Assembly (NCBI GenBank): GCA_017513085.1
Contig: JAFWDK010000022.1
Location: forward strand, 1-64,000
From: Clostridiales bacterium
GTDB lineage: Bacteria; Bacillota; Clostridia; Saccharofermentanales; Saccharofermentanaceae
Length of the DNA: 64,000 nt
Direction of reading: 5' to 3'
The notes below the pieces were generated by a model that saw only the letters and a list, made by a program, of their open reading frames with translations, did not search any database and had not been told where the DNA came from. The translations under genes and the position numbers were made by a program. Below, in pieces: positions 49,487 through 59,497 of the stretch; positions within the stretch are counted from its first letter, which is position 1, and each line of letters opens with the position of its first letter.

Positions 49487-49825
49487 ATGCCGAAGAAAGA
49501 GAATTTCCTGGATCGTGTTTACGAGAAAATGCCCGGCGTTGCTTTTTCCACATCGGAAGAAGGCGAAGTAACGGTGGATATGGAGAATAAAGGCTTTACG
49601 AACAGGATCGCGCAGCGGTTCTTCAAGCAGCCTTCTGTGTCGCACATCAAGCTCGAGGGCATGGGGAGTTTCATTTTCTTATCCATCGACGGCAAAAGCA
49701 CTGTCTACGATATCGGACAGCTTGTTTCGGGAAAGTTCGGTGACGAAGCGGAGCCGCTTTATGAGAGGTTGTGTGTGTATGTGCGGCAACTCGAAGAAGT
49801 CGGATTTGTGAGGATCGTAGAATGA
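49487..49825 (+). CDS. PqqD-like (RRE) protein
   Basis: LEGMGSFIFLSIDGKSTVYDIG..V..KFG...LYERL..Y..QL; RBS GAGGT. Confidence 0.75.
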   Translation: MPKKENFLDRVYEKMPGVAFSTSEEGEVTVDMENKGFTNRIAQRFFKQPSVSHIKLEGMGSFIFLSIDGKSTVYDIGQLVSGKFGDEAEPLYERLCVYVRQLEEVGFVRIVE

Positions 49826-50152
49826 AGTACGGAGAATCCACATTCGATGCGCCGGTGCTACCGATCCTTGGTATGCTGATGCTTCCGAAAACGATCTGAT
49901 ATATCCTGATTTTGATTTCGTTTTTCCGGAAAAACTGTGATAACAGTCGGGTTTAAGCACATACAATCTGGGGGTGCGATGCTACTGATCTTGATGGGAT
50001 CGCATTACAGATGTGCGTGGATGAGAGCAAAAAAATCCATCAAATTGACAAAACATGTGTGAAAAAATAGCAAAAAATGAGTAGATTCCAATTCTCTCGT
50101 ATATTAATATTGCGATTCGGAAATGACGATTTTGAATGATAAAGGCTGGCAA

Positions 50153-51529
50153 ATGGGCAAGAAAAAGACAATCAACATAGATGAAAAGACATCGCTTTTG
50201 TTTTTGGCAGGACCGATGTTTATCGAACTATTTTTGAATACTATGCTCAATAACGTGGATACGATCATGTTGAGCCACTACAATGATTATGCCGTTGGTG
50301 CAATTGGAAATGCTAACACCATCATGTTCATGATGAACATTCTTTTCAATGTTATCGCCACGGCGACCAGTGTAGTTGTTGCCCAGTATCTTGGGGCAAA
50401 ACGCCATGACAAAATGAACATGATCTATACGCTGGCCATCGTTGTAAACTTTGTTGTCGGTCTTGTACTCAGCGGAACTTTCTGTGCGGCGAATCCATTG
50501 ATCATGAAATTCCTTCAAGTGTCACCTGAGATGCGTCCCTATTCAATGATATATATTTATATCGTCGGTGGCGGCGGATTCCTGATAGCAGTGTTCAATG
50601 TAATGGTTCAGATCATGAGGTGCAATGGATATACCAAGATCGGTATGTGGATCACGTTCGGAATCAATATCATTAATATTCTCGTGAACTATCTTTTCCT
50701 TTACGGCCCCTTGGCTTTCCTGGATATGGGTGTTCAGGGAGTAGCCATCGCGACGGTATTCTCAAGATTCATAGCGGTGATCGCCATCTTTGTATTCTTC
50801 TTCGCTACGAAAACAGGAAAGATATCCTTGCGCTATCTCAGACCGTTTCCGCGTAAGTTGCTGGTCAAGATGATCAAGATCGGTCTTCCGACTGCCGGCG
50901 AGAACCTTACTTATAATCTGTACCAGACCACGCTTCTGTCTTTCGTAAACGGAATGGGTAATGATGCCGTGAACGCCAGAGCATATTGCAATACGCTCAT
51001 CTCTTTTGCGATGATCTTCTCAAATGCATGTGCGATGTCTACGCAGATCATTACCGGTCATCTTGTAGGTGCAGGAAAATCAGAAGAAGCATATAAGAGA
51101 GTATTTAGGACACTTCGAACTTCCATGCCGATTACAATTGCCATGGCATCGATCAATGCCGTCCTTTGCAGGTTTACCTTGCAACTGTTTACGAGCAATT
51201 CGAATATCATAGCACTCGGACAGATGATCATGCTTGTGGATATATTTGTTGAAGCGGGTCGTTGTCTGAATATGACTTTCGTCAGCAGTTTGAAAGCTGC
51301 CGGAGCATATGTATTCCCGCTGATCATGGGAATCTTGTGCAACTGGGGATTAGGTCTTGTGACAGGATATACGGTCGGAGTGGTCCTGAGTGTCGGAGTA
51401 GCAGGCATTTATGCCGGAACAGCTACGGACGAATGCATCCGCGGTCTCATCGTTATGTACTATTGGTATAAGAAAAAATGGTTTGGAAAGTCTGTTGTTG
51501 AAAAAAAGGACGCATTGGAATCTTTGTAA
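50153..51529 (+). CDS. MATE family efflux transporter
   Basis: VDTIML, AQYLGA, NIL.NYLFLYG..GVQGVAIAT, IGLP; about 12 TM segments. Confidence 0.92.
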   Translation: MGKKKTINIDEKTSLLFLAGPMFIELFLNTMLNNVDTIMLSHYNDYAVGAIGNANTIMFMMNILFNVIATATSVVVAQYLGAKRHDKMNMIYTLAIVVNFVVGLVLSGTFCAANPLIMKFLQVSPEMRPYSMIYIYIVGGGGFLIAVFNVMVQIMRCNGYTKIGMWITFGINIINILVNYLFLYGPLAFLDMGVQGVAIATVFSRFIAVIAIFVFFFATKTGKISLRYLRPFPRKLLVKMIKIGLPTAGENLTYNLYQTTLLSFVNGMGNDAVNARAYCNTLISFAMIFSNACAMSTQIITGHLVGAGKSEEAYKRVFRTLRTSMPITIAMASINAVLCRFTLQLFTSNSNIIALGQMIMLVDIFVEAGRCLNMTFVSSLKAAGAYVFPLIMGILCNWGLGLVTGYTVGVVLSVGVAGIYAGTATDECIRGLIVMYYWYKKKWFGKSVVEKKDALESL

Positions 51530-51688
51530 AGCTTGAATCACGGTGCTTTTTTTCGTCATAACGGTTTGTTTTCAATTAGTTAATATTATTGCCCTTTCTG
51601 CATTTTATAATTTACTTGGTTTTATAAATCGAATTTTACTATCATGCGATAAAATAGTAACAGATTGTAAATGTGCGAGGGAAAGGTT

Positions 51689-52996
51689 ATGACAGATAAG
51701 AAATTGACTGATTTTTCTATTAATGATGTTTCTGAATTGTTCCTGAAAAACATTGATGCAGTAATTCTGGTAGATGCTACGATCGACCAGTACAGAGCAG
51801 TTATCCGCCGTGGTTTTTTTGAGGGATTTCTTAAGGAAACAGGTAGTTATCATGATCTGATCCTGGATCTTTGGTTCCATTTCAATGATTCCAATGAAAA
51901 GGTTTCTGAAGATTATCAGATCTTCGCAGATAATACCGGTGTATTTACAAAAAAATACAGCCGCAGATTGAAATTGGTTCTTGAGAACGAAGAAAAACCC
52001 CATCTTGTGCAGATGACGGTTTATCCGTTGGTGGCAACAGAGAAGTATCTTTTTGTCTTGGATGAATTTGATGATAATGAGTCTATGCAGGAGTCGCTTA
52101 CCACCAAGAAGATCAACACGATCCAGAGTTCTTATCTGTTCTCGATGTATATTGATCTGGTTCAGGATACGACGAGCAGTATAAATGTTACGGAGATATC
52201 CGAGGATGTTGTAAATTACAACCTCAAGTATTCTGATTGGAGAATGATGATCGTTAATATGATCTGGCCGGAGGATCAGGAACAGTTCCTGCGCCGTACG
52301 GATCCTGAATATCTGAAGAAGAACTTCACTCCCGGACGAACCTCTTCTTATGACTGTATGATGCGAAACCTGGAAGGAAAGTTTATCTGGGTAAAGCTTA
52401 TCTTCAGTCGTGCGCAAACGAATAATGATGAAGATTACAGATTCGTATTCATGGTTCAGGATATTCATGAGAACTCTATGGAGATTCTTTCCACCCTGAA
52501 AAAATACGAAGAAATGGCGATCACGGATCCGCTTACGGGCGTGTTTAATCACGGCGAGATCGAGACACAACTGCATAATGCATTATCGATCCGGCAGAAT
52601 AATGATGAACCGATTTCCGTTATGTTGCTTGACCTTGATATGTTTAAGAAGGTTAACGATAACTTCGGCCATTCTGCCGGAGACACGACACTGAAGCATT
52701 TTGCCAAGATCATGAAGGAATTTGCCATCAAGGAAAATGCGGCGGTAGGACGTTGGGGTGGTGAGGAATTCGTCATTGTCTGCTATAACAAAAATGCGGA
52801 CGGAGTGAAGGAGATCGCTGAAAAGCTCAGAAAAGAAGTGGAAGAGTATGTATTCCCTGAAATCGAACATATTACATGCTCTGTCGGTGTAACGGAACTG
52901 AAAGCAGAAGACGGATTTGAAGATGTTTTTAACAGGATCGACAAAGCAATGTATGCTTCGAAGCATAACGGAAGGAATATGGTTACGCTTATGTAA
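51689..52996 (+). CDS. Diguanylate cyclase with N-terminal PAS-like region
   Basis: TDPLTGVFN, DLDMFKKVNDNFGH, GRWGGEEF. Confidence 0.9.
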   Translation: MTDKKLTDFSINDVSELFLKNIDAVILVDATIDQYRAVIRRGFFEGFLKETGSYHDLILDLWFHFNDSNEKVSEDYQIFADNTGVFTKKYSRRLKLVLENEEKPHLVQMTVYPLVATEKYLFVLDEFDDNESMQESLTTKKINTIQSSYLFSMYIDLVQDTTSSINVTEISEDVVNYNLKYSDWRMMIVNMIWPEDQEQFLRRTDPEYLKKNFTPGRTSSYDCMMRNLEGKFIWVKLIFSRAQTNNDEDYRFVFMVQDIHENSMEILSTLKKYEEMAITDPLTGVFNHGEIETQLHNALSIRQNNDEPISVMLLDLDMFKKVNDNFGHSAGDTTLKHFAKIMKEFAIKENAAVGRWGGEEFVIVCYNKNADGVKEIAEKLRKEVEEYVFPEIEHITCSVGVTELKAEDGFEDVFNRIDKAMYASKHNGRNMVTLM

Positions 52997-53037
52997 GCAG
53001 CTGTATGACAGGAGTTCTGATATTATACAAATCAATC

Positions 53038-53072
53038 GAAGGTGCTTCATGATATTGAGGCACCTTCCTTTT
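53038..53072 (+). terminator. Rho-independent terminator
   Basis: GAAGGTGCTTCA-TGATAT-TGAGGCACCTTC-CTTTT. Confidence 0.75.
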
Positions 53073-53213
53073 TGCAACAAAACGAAAGGTTCTCTCGTCA
53101 TTTATATGAGAAAGCTTGAATAGAAGAAATCTAATATTCATGAATCCTTTAGTTGAAACGTTTTCGCATTTGAATGGTTTTATCTGTAGAGGATCAAAGG
53201 ATGGGGGAAAGAT

Positions 53214-54524
53214 ATGAAAAGAATGAAATCCTGCTATTTTGTTTTGGCTGCAATGCTTGCGTTTTCCGGATGCTCGCCGAAGAATGAAGACTCCAAAGTT
53301 TCACAGGCATCCGTAAGTGAAACGACGGAGACGGTAGAAAAATCTGCTTCCGAAGAGTTCTCAACGGAAGCAGAGGAAACAGTTATGACAATGGATACGA
53401 CTTCTTCTTCGGCGTCAGAAGCAGAGGATGATTCCGGTATGATCGACAAAAAAGAAATAGATCAGACCGGTGAGAAAAGAGCATATCTGAAGAATGCGTG
53501 TACTGATGAGATCATTGAAATTGATGACTTTACCAGTTCGACAAATAGTTATTTTGTCATGAATAACTTTCAATACGATAACAACGCGTGGAGCGAAGCT
53601 TTTGACATTGGACGGGATTATCCGAAATATGCAGAAGGTGATGACTTGTTGAATATTACGAAGGATCTGGATATGCCGGCCAAGGTCGATGATTTTACGG
53701 TCATTTGGGAAAGTTCCGATGAAACGATTATTCAACCGGACGGTACTGTGACGTGTCCACATGACCATAGCCGATATGTGCTTTTGACGGCGATCATTAC
53801 AAAAGAAAACCGAACGGTGATATCCCGCAAAGTTGTACGTGTGGCCAGAGATACGTATGCCGACGTTACGACGGATAAAATACTGAGAGCAGATATGTAC
53901 CATGATCCGGCAGCTTTTCAATACGAAGGGATCGATGAGAGCTTCATTGGGCATTGGTTCTATGAACTGGAGGATCCGGAGCAGTTTTATCTTTTCGACA
54001 ACGCGGCAGGGCGTATTTACTTTACGGATGAGATGCGTGGCAAAACAAGACAGATTCAGCTCGATGGCATTCTTTCAGAAGTACATATTGAAACGATCAA
54101 CGAGGCATGTCTGCAAGTGTATGCTTCACGAAAAGCACTTGGCCTTCAGGATTGGTGTGAACTCAGATATGATCGGGTTAGTTCGGGGCTGGGAGATATC
54201 GCGTACGATTTCGCGCAGTATTATCAGGATGTCCCGGTACATGGAGGTGTGCGACTGATGATCTATGACGAGAACCCCAATCAGTTCATGAATAGTTGGC
54301 TTCTGCAGATACCTGAAGGATTCGATGCGAACCCGAAGTTTTCCAAAGATGAGGCCATGCAAAAATACGATCTTTATGAAGATAAGATCACATTGGAGAT
54401 CCTGGAATTGAATAACGAGATCCATCTGATTTGGAACGGATATGTAAAAAATAAGATGGAATATGTGTATATTGACGCGCAAACGGGTGAAGAATTGCAG
54501 CGTGATTCCACGTTTGTAACCTGA
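53214..54524 (+). CDS. Lipoprotein with Ig-like and FTP/PepSY-like domains
   Basis: Lipobox FSGC, S/T/E-rich linker, VIWESSD..I..DGTVT.P, F.QYYQDVPV.G, YIDAQTGE. Confidence 0.75.
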   Translation: MKRMKSCYFVLAAMLAFSGCSPKNEDSKVSQASVSETTETVEKSASEEFSTEAEETVMTMDTTSSSASEAEDDSGMIDKKEIDQTGEKRAYLKNACTDEIIEIDDFTSSTNSYFVMNNFQYDNNAWSEAFDIGRDYPKYAEGDDLLNITKDLDMPAKVDDFTVIWESSDETIIQPDGTVTCPHDHSRYVLLTAIITKENRTVISRKVVRVARDTYADVTTDKILRADMYHDPAAFQYEGIDESFIGHWFYELEDPEQFYLFDNAAGRIYFTDEMRGKTRQIQLDGILSEVHIETINEACLQVYASRKALGLQDWCELRYDRVSSGLGDIAYDFAQYYQDVPVHGGVRLMIYDENPNQFMNSWLLQIPEGFDANPKFSKDEAMQKYDLYEDKITLEILELNNEIHLIWNGYVKNKMEYVYIDAQTGEELQRDSTFVT

Positions 54525-54638
54525 TATAGGTTTATCATAACATGACCCTATTTTGCGGAAATGTTTCTTTCATTCTTTGCCAAAATCACTATAATGAATT
54601 ATAGGCTTTTGAATAGGTAAGAAGGAAGGAAATGAGAG

Positions 54639-55304
54639 ATGTTTACCGGTGGTTATTTAATTCGCAGTCTTTTAGGAGCTTCAAGGGATTATCAAAGGGA
54701 TGTCCGTACGCCTGTAAGTTATGATGTCGGTTTTAGATACGGGGAGAAGAAATATACTCGTGATGATGAGGATTGTGTGATCCGCCCGTCACTTGCTCCG
54801 ATCAAAGATCCTTCGTATATTGAGCTTGTTCGAATTGCCCTTTGCTACTACATTGCCAAGTCTGACGGGGTATCTGAAGATGAACAGGCGATCATCGATG
54901 AGATGTGCAACAAACTTCTCGACGATCCGGACACGAATCCGGATTACCGTGCAGAGCTTCGGATGATACTTGCCGATAAGGGCACGAACTTTGCAAATGT
55001 CAGGAGATATTTGAATCGTGTCCCGAAAGAGGAACTGGAACAGTTCCGGACAGATGTCATGCGTATTGCCGAGGCAACGGATGGTATCTCGGAGAATGAG
55101 CGGAAAGCCATTAACATCTTCCAGAAATATCTCTCCAATATAAAGAACACCGAGGAAGATGATGCGGACGGTGCCGGAACCGCAAAGACGCGCTTAGTGA
55201 CTATGAAGTGCGGAAGCTGCGGAGCAAACCTTGAGTTGTCCGGAGACCGGGATACAGCATACTGTCCGTATTGTGGATCGAATCATCTGATTGAAAAACA
55301 ATAA
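54639..55304 (+). CDS. TerB-like domain protein with C-terminal zinc ribbon
   Basis: IAKSDGVSEDE and IAEATDGISENE repeats; CGSCGANL...CPYCGS. Confidence 0.7.
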   Translation: MFTGGYLIRSLLGASRDYQRDVRTPVSYDVGFRYGEKKYTRDDEDCVIRPSLAPIKDPSYIELVRIALCYYIAKSDGVSEDEQAIIDEMCNKLLDDPDTNPDYRAELRMILADKGTNFANVRRYLNRVPKEELEQFRTDVMRIAEATDGISENERKAINIFQKYLSNIKNTEEDDADGAGTAKTRLVTMKCGSCGANLELSGDRDTAYCPYCGSNHLIEKQ

Positions 55305-55324
55305 CAGAATTTTGGAAATATGGA

Positions 55325-58054
55325 TCATTCGGATCGAAGAGCAGCGACAGGATCTTTCTTCGCTGCTTTTTTCGACGGAATAAATCCTCCGATCAAAGTT
55401 AAGACGACGCTCAAAACGATGAGTATGATTGCGCCGGTGACAGGAAGCTGAGCCTTCACATCCGAAGAATCGACCAGCGATTTGATGATCATGTTTCCGG
55501 GAATCAGAAGGAGCAGGGAGATCCCGATGCCGAACAGTCCTGACAAAAGTCCTATTATAAAAGTTTCCGCATTGAATACCTGTGAGATATTTCTCTTCGA
55601 TGCACCAATGGCCCGGAGGATACCGATCTCTTTTGTCCTTTCAAGGACGGAGATGTAGGTAATAATGCCGATCATGATCGAGGAGACGATCAGTGACACT
55701 GCGACAAAGGCGATCAGGACGTAAGAGATCACATTCACCATGGATGTGACAGAGGACAGAAGAAGTCCGATATAGTCTGTGTAAACGATGTCATCTCCCT
55801 CTGAGGCCGCTTCGTTATACTTTTCGATGCAGTCCGTAATGCCTTCTTTTCCCTCAAAACTATCGGCGTAGATATTGATCGAACTCGGGGTTTGAATATC
55901 CACATAGCCGAATTTTGTCATGTTTTCTTCAAAAGTACCGACCGAGATATAGGTGTTATAGATGGCAAGCAATTGCTGATCGGATTCCTGAGAGGAATTG
56001 GACAGGAATTCATCAAGCATAGCTGCCAGATCATTGTCTGTCATGTTGTTCATCTGTGAATCGTTTTCCGGTACTCCGGACGTGTAGCTTGCCATAAGCT
56101 CGCGCAGCAAGTCAGCCTTCTCGTTTACAGAAAGCCTGGTGAGCCAGTTTTTGGCGTCTTCGATTTTTGCTGCATCATCAGAAGGTGAAAACTTCGCGCC
56201 ATTGATGACGCTGTTATTCGGAGAAGCCATCTGCTCGATGACCAGTTCGCTTTCCTCCGCGTAATGGATCAGGTATTCCGTAAGTCCGCGTGTATAGCCG
56301 ATCGCGTTATCCAGCGGCTCAAAATCCGCATCCTCTTTCAGTCTCACGACACCCGTGATATGGAGAGGAATCGCCTTTTCCAATACCGAAGAGAACTCCT
56401 TATCCTCTTCGTAAATCTCTTTGTAAAGACCACTTTCCTGCTTCGTATAGGAAGCGCTGGCCGGGATAAGATAGAAGGTATGCGCGAGGACGTCATCGTA
56501 ATTCAGTTTCTGCGCTTCGAAGTCGATCGATTCCGAATTGAGGACTTTTTTTACAATTTCCCTGAATTCTTCTCTGGGAAGGAGACCCAGCTCATAGAGC
56601 GCTCTGGCGTTGATCTCGTTATTCGGATCCATGACCAGAATTATCTCGTCATACTTATTCGGCCAGTTACCGTGAATCAACTCATACTGTTCTTTAACAG
56701 TCGGGCTGATAAGTGAGCCATCCGCGCCGGTCATGATCTCGGTCATGTTTTTAATGGAGGGCACTTCCATAAGACCGGAAGCTATGCCTCTGTTTCCTGA
56801 ACGACGACTCTTATCTTCATGCAAGTTGCTTCCGTCAAGATTGATCAGCTCACCTTTCGGATCGTAGGAAAAAACGGAAAACGGAACATAGTAAGAGTAG
56901 CTGATACCGTTTTCTCCGACATATTTGTGGATCTCGCTGGCCGGATCGTCAAGGTATTTCTTAAACTCGGTGAGGTTGTTATGTTTAATATTCAGCGAGA
57001 TGGAAGACGCCATCTCAAATGATGAGTTATCGACATAAAGCCCGTCCAGGCTGTGGTCGAGGTCCTCCCGACGTCCGTCTCCGCCTCTTCTTAATTCCAT
57101 AAGCGAAGAAAGATCCATGGCCTGCGCCTCGATCTGAATCGGATATGACGTCATAGTTTCTTTCTGCTTTTGTTCTATATAGTTGTTCACACCATTGCTC
57201 AGTGACAAGATCAGAGCGATACCGATAATGCCGATGGAACCGGCAAAAGCGGTCAGAAAGGTTCTTGCTTTTTTGGTGCGGAGATTATTGAAACTCAGAG
57301 ACAACGCGGTCAGAAATGACATGGATGCCTTTCCCATCCTCTTATGCTGAGGATCATCCAGTGCCTGCTCATCGACTTCAAAAGCATCCGAATCCGATAC
57401 GATCCTGCCGTCTCTAAGCTTGACGATGCGTGTGGCATAAGTCTCTGCCAATTCAGGGTTGTGCGTAACCATGACGACAAGTCGGTCTTTGGCAACTTCT
57501 TTCAGAAGTTCCATGACCTGCACGCTTGTTTCAGTGTCCAGTGCGCCTGTCGGCTCATCCGCCAGAAGGATGCTCGGGTTATTAACAAGTGCACGTGCAA
57601 TCGCCACACGCTGCATCTGACCACCGGACATCTGGTTGGGGCGCTTATGTAATTGATCGCCCAAGCCGACACGGGTCAGGGCATCCTTGGCTCTCTTTTT
57701 TCTTTCACTGCGTGATACGCCCGAGATCGTCAAAGCGAGCTCGACATTGGAAAGGATCGATTGATGCGGAATGAGGTTGTAGTTTTGAAACACGAACCCG
57801 ATGGTATGATTTCTATAGGAATCCCAGTCTCTGTGTTTATACTTCTTTGTGGATATGCCGTTAATGATCAGATCTCCGCTGTCATAGCGGTCCAGTCCGC
57901 CGATAACATTCAGAAGAGTCGTCTTGCCTGATCCACTGGGTCCTAAAATCGCAACAAACTCGTTGTCGCGAAGATTTAAACTGACCTTGTCCAGTGCTTT
58001 TTGATGGAGATCGCCTGTGATGTATTCTTTTGAAATGTCTTTGATCTGTAGCAT
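55325..58054 (-). CDS. MacB-like ABC transporter, fused ATPase/permease
   Basis: GPSGSGKTT, MSGGQ, ADEPTGALD, SVLERTKEIGILRAIGA, DPVAALRSE. Confidence 0.93.
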   Translation of the reverse strand: MLQIKDISKEYITGDLHQKALDKVSLNLRDNEFVAILGPSGSGKTTLLNVIGGLDRYDSGDLIINGISTKKYKHRDWDSYRNHTIGFVFQNYNLIPHQSILSNVELALTISGVSRSERKKRAKDALTRVGLGDQLHKRPNQMSGGQMQRVAIARALVNNPSILLADEPTGALDTETSVQVMELLKEVAKDRLVVMVTHNPELAETYATRIVKLRDGRIVSDSDAFEVDEQALDDPQHKRMGKASMSFLTALSLSFNNLRTKKARTFLTAFAGSIGIIGIALILSLSNGVNNYIEQKQKETMTSYPIQIEAQAMDLSSLMELRRGGDGRREDLDHSLDGLYVDNSSFEMASSISLNIKHNNLTEFKKYLDDPASEIHKYVGENGISYSYYVPFSVFSYDPKGELINLDGSNLHEDKSRRSGNRGIASGLMEVPSIKNMTEIMTGADGSLISPTVKEQYELIHGNWPNKYDEIILVMDPNNEINARALYELGLLPREEFREIVKKVLNSESIDFEAQKLNYDDVLAHTFYLIPASASYTKQESGLYKEIYEEDKEFSSVLEKAIPLHITGVVRLKEDADFEPLDNAIGYTRGLTEYLIHYAEESELVIEQMASPNNSVINGAKFSPSDDAAKIEDAKNWLTRLSVNEKADLLRELMASYTSGVPENDSQMNNMTDNDLAAMLDEFLSNSSQESDQQLLAIYNTYISVGTFEENMTKFGYVDIQTPSSINIYADSFEGKEGITDCIEKYNEAASEGDDIVYTDYIGLLLSSVTSMVNVISYVLIAFVAVSLIVSSIMIGIITYISVLERTKEIGILRAIGASKRNISQVFNAETFIIGLLSGLFGIGISLLLLIPGNMIIKSLVDSSDVKAQLPVTGAIILIVLSVVLTLIGGFIPSKKAAKKDPVAALRSE

Positions 58055-58294
58055 AATCGTCGTCCTCGGATCCTAATGCGCATGAATTGTGAAAGATACA
58101 AGATGCATAGTACAAGAGTCTTCTTCCGAGCGTCAATACCAGAAAATAAACCTTAACTAAAACTTTATACTCACCCGGCCTGGCGGCGATCTGAGAAAAA
58201 AAGACGGGCGAGGCTTGACATATTGATTGCTCTGATGATAGAATGATTTTGCACAAGTAAATTGTGCAAAATCAAAACGAAAGTAGATGCTGAC

Positions 58295-58741
58295 ATGAAG
58301 AAGGATGGATACGAGCTTTTGAAACTGAATAACCAGGTATGTTTTCCGCTTTATGCCTGTTCAAAAGAATTGGTCCGTCAATACGGTCCTTTTCTAAAAG
58401 AACTGGATCTGACCTATACCCAGTACATTACCATGATGGTCTTGTGGGAAAGGGAAGTGACTTCTTCAAGAGAGCTGGCTTCCTGTCTGCATCTTGATTA
58501 CGGGACATTGACCCCGGTCCTGAAACGGTTGGAACAGGCCGGTTATCTGAAAAAAGAGCGGGCTTCCGATGATGAGCGGACACTTACATTGACGCTCACG
58601 AAAGAAGGGAAGAAGCTGAAAGAAAAAGCCGTCAATATTCCGCCGGCCATTGCCAAGCGGATGGGGCTGACTAAAGAAGAGTTTGAGACGCTTTATATGC
58701 TGACATATAAAGCTCTGAAACATATGGAATCTGAAGAATGA
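58295..58741 (+). CDS. MarR-family regulator (OhrR-like)
   Basis: LNNQVCFPLYA, LTYTQY, TLTPVLKRLE, DER; upstream of a peroxidase gene. Confidence 0.88.
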   Translation: MKKDGYELLKLNNQVCFPLYACSKELVRQYGPFLKELDLTYTQYITMMVLWEREVTSSRELASCLHLDYGTLTPVLKRLEQAGYLKKERASDDERTLTLTLTKEGKKLKEKAVNIPPAIAKRMGLTKEEFETLYMLTYKALKHMESEE

Positions 58742-58771
58742 GATGCAAAGAGAGCACCTGGTAAGGAGGAA

Positions 58772-59323
58772 ATGACCATGGCAACAGTTTATGATTTTAC
58801 AGTGAAGGACATGAAGGGAAATGATGTGAGTCTGAGCGAATATAAAGGGAAAGTACTTCTCATCGTGAATACGGCAACCGGCTGTGGTTTTACTCCGCAT
58901 TATGATCCGCTTGAGGCGATGTATAAGGACCTTAAAGATAAGGGATTGGAGATCCTCGATTTTCCTTGCAACCAGTTTGCAAATCAGGCGCCGGGTAACG
59001 AGGAGGAGATCCATAATTTCTGCACCATGAAGTTTGGAACCGAATTCCCGCAGTTCGCAAAGATCGACGTGAACGGGGAGAATGCAGATCCGCTCTTTGC
59101 TTTCCTCGCTACGGAAAAACCATTTACCGGATTCGGAAAAGGCTTGAAGAACGCTGCGCTGAAGAAGTTTTCCGACATGAACAATAAGGCTTTCGGTGAC
59201 AAAGCATACATCAAGTGGAACTTTACTAAATTCCTGGTAGACCGCGAAGGAAATGTGATTGCCCGCTTTGAACCTACCGAAGAAATGGACAAAGTCCGAA
59301 AAGAAGTGGAAGCAAGCCTCTGA
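58772..59323 (+). CDS. gpx: Glutathione peroxidase (Cys-type)
   Basis: VNTATGCGFT, FPCNQF, KWNFTKFL. Confidence 0.92.
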   Translation: MTMATVYDFTVKDMKGNDVSLSEYKGKVLLIVNTATGCGFTPHYDPLEAMYKDLKDKGLEILDFPCNQFANQAPGNEEEIHNFCTMKFGTEFPQFAKIDVNGENADPLFAFLATEKPFTGFGKGLKNAALKKFSDMNNKAFGDKAYIKWNFTKFLVDREGNVIARFEPTEEMDKVRKEVEASL

Positions 59324-59497
59324 ACAGGAGCTTACTTTATACAACCCTCACAAACAACCTATGGATCGCCGGATCGAGTCAACACTTGATCCGGTGATTC
59401 ATTTTGTTTTCCGGCTGTCTCCGAGGAAAAAGAAATCCTGCCGATGCAAAATGCCCGACAGGATTTCCGGAAAGCTCAATATTGAGTTGTTATCTTG

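Noticed and set aside
49826-50122. Riboswitch or ncRNA upstream of the MATE gene
   Set aside because: No recognisable aptamer consensus by eye; an Rfam scan would be needed.
58772-59323. Selenocysteine in glutathione peroxidase
   Set aside because: The catalytic codon is TGT (Cys); there is no in-frame TGA.
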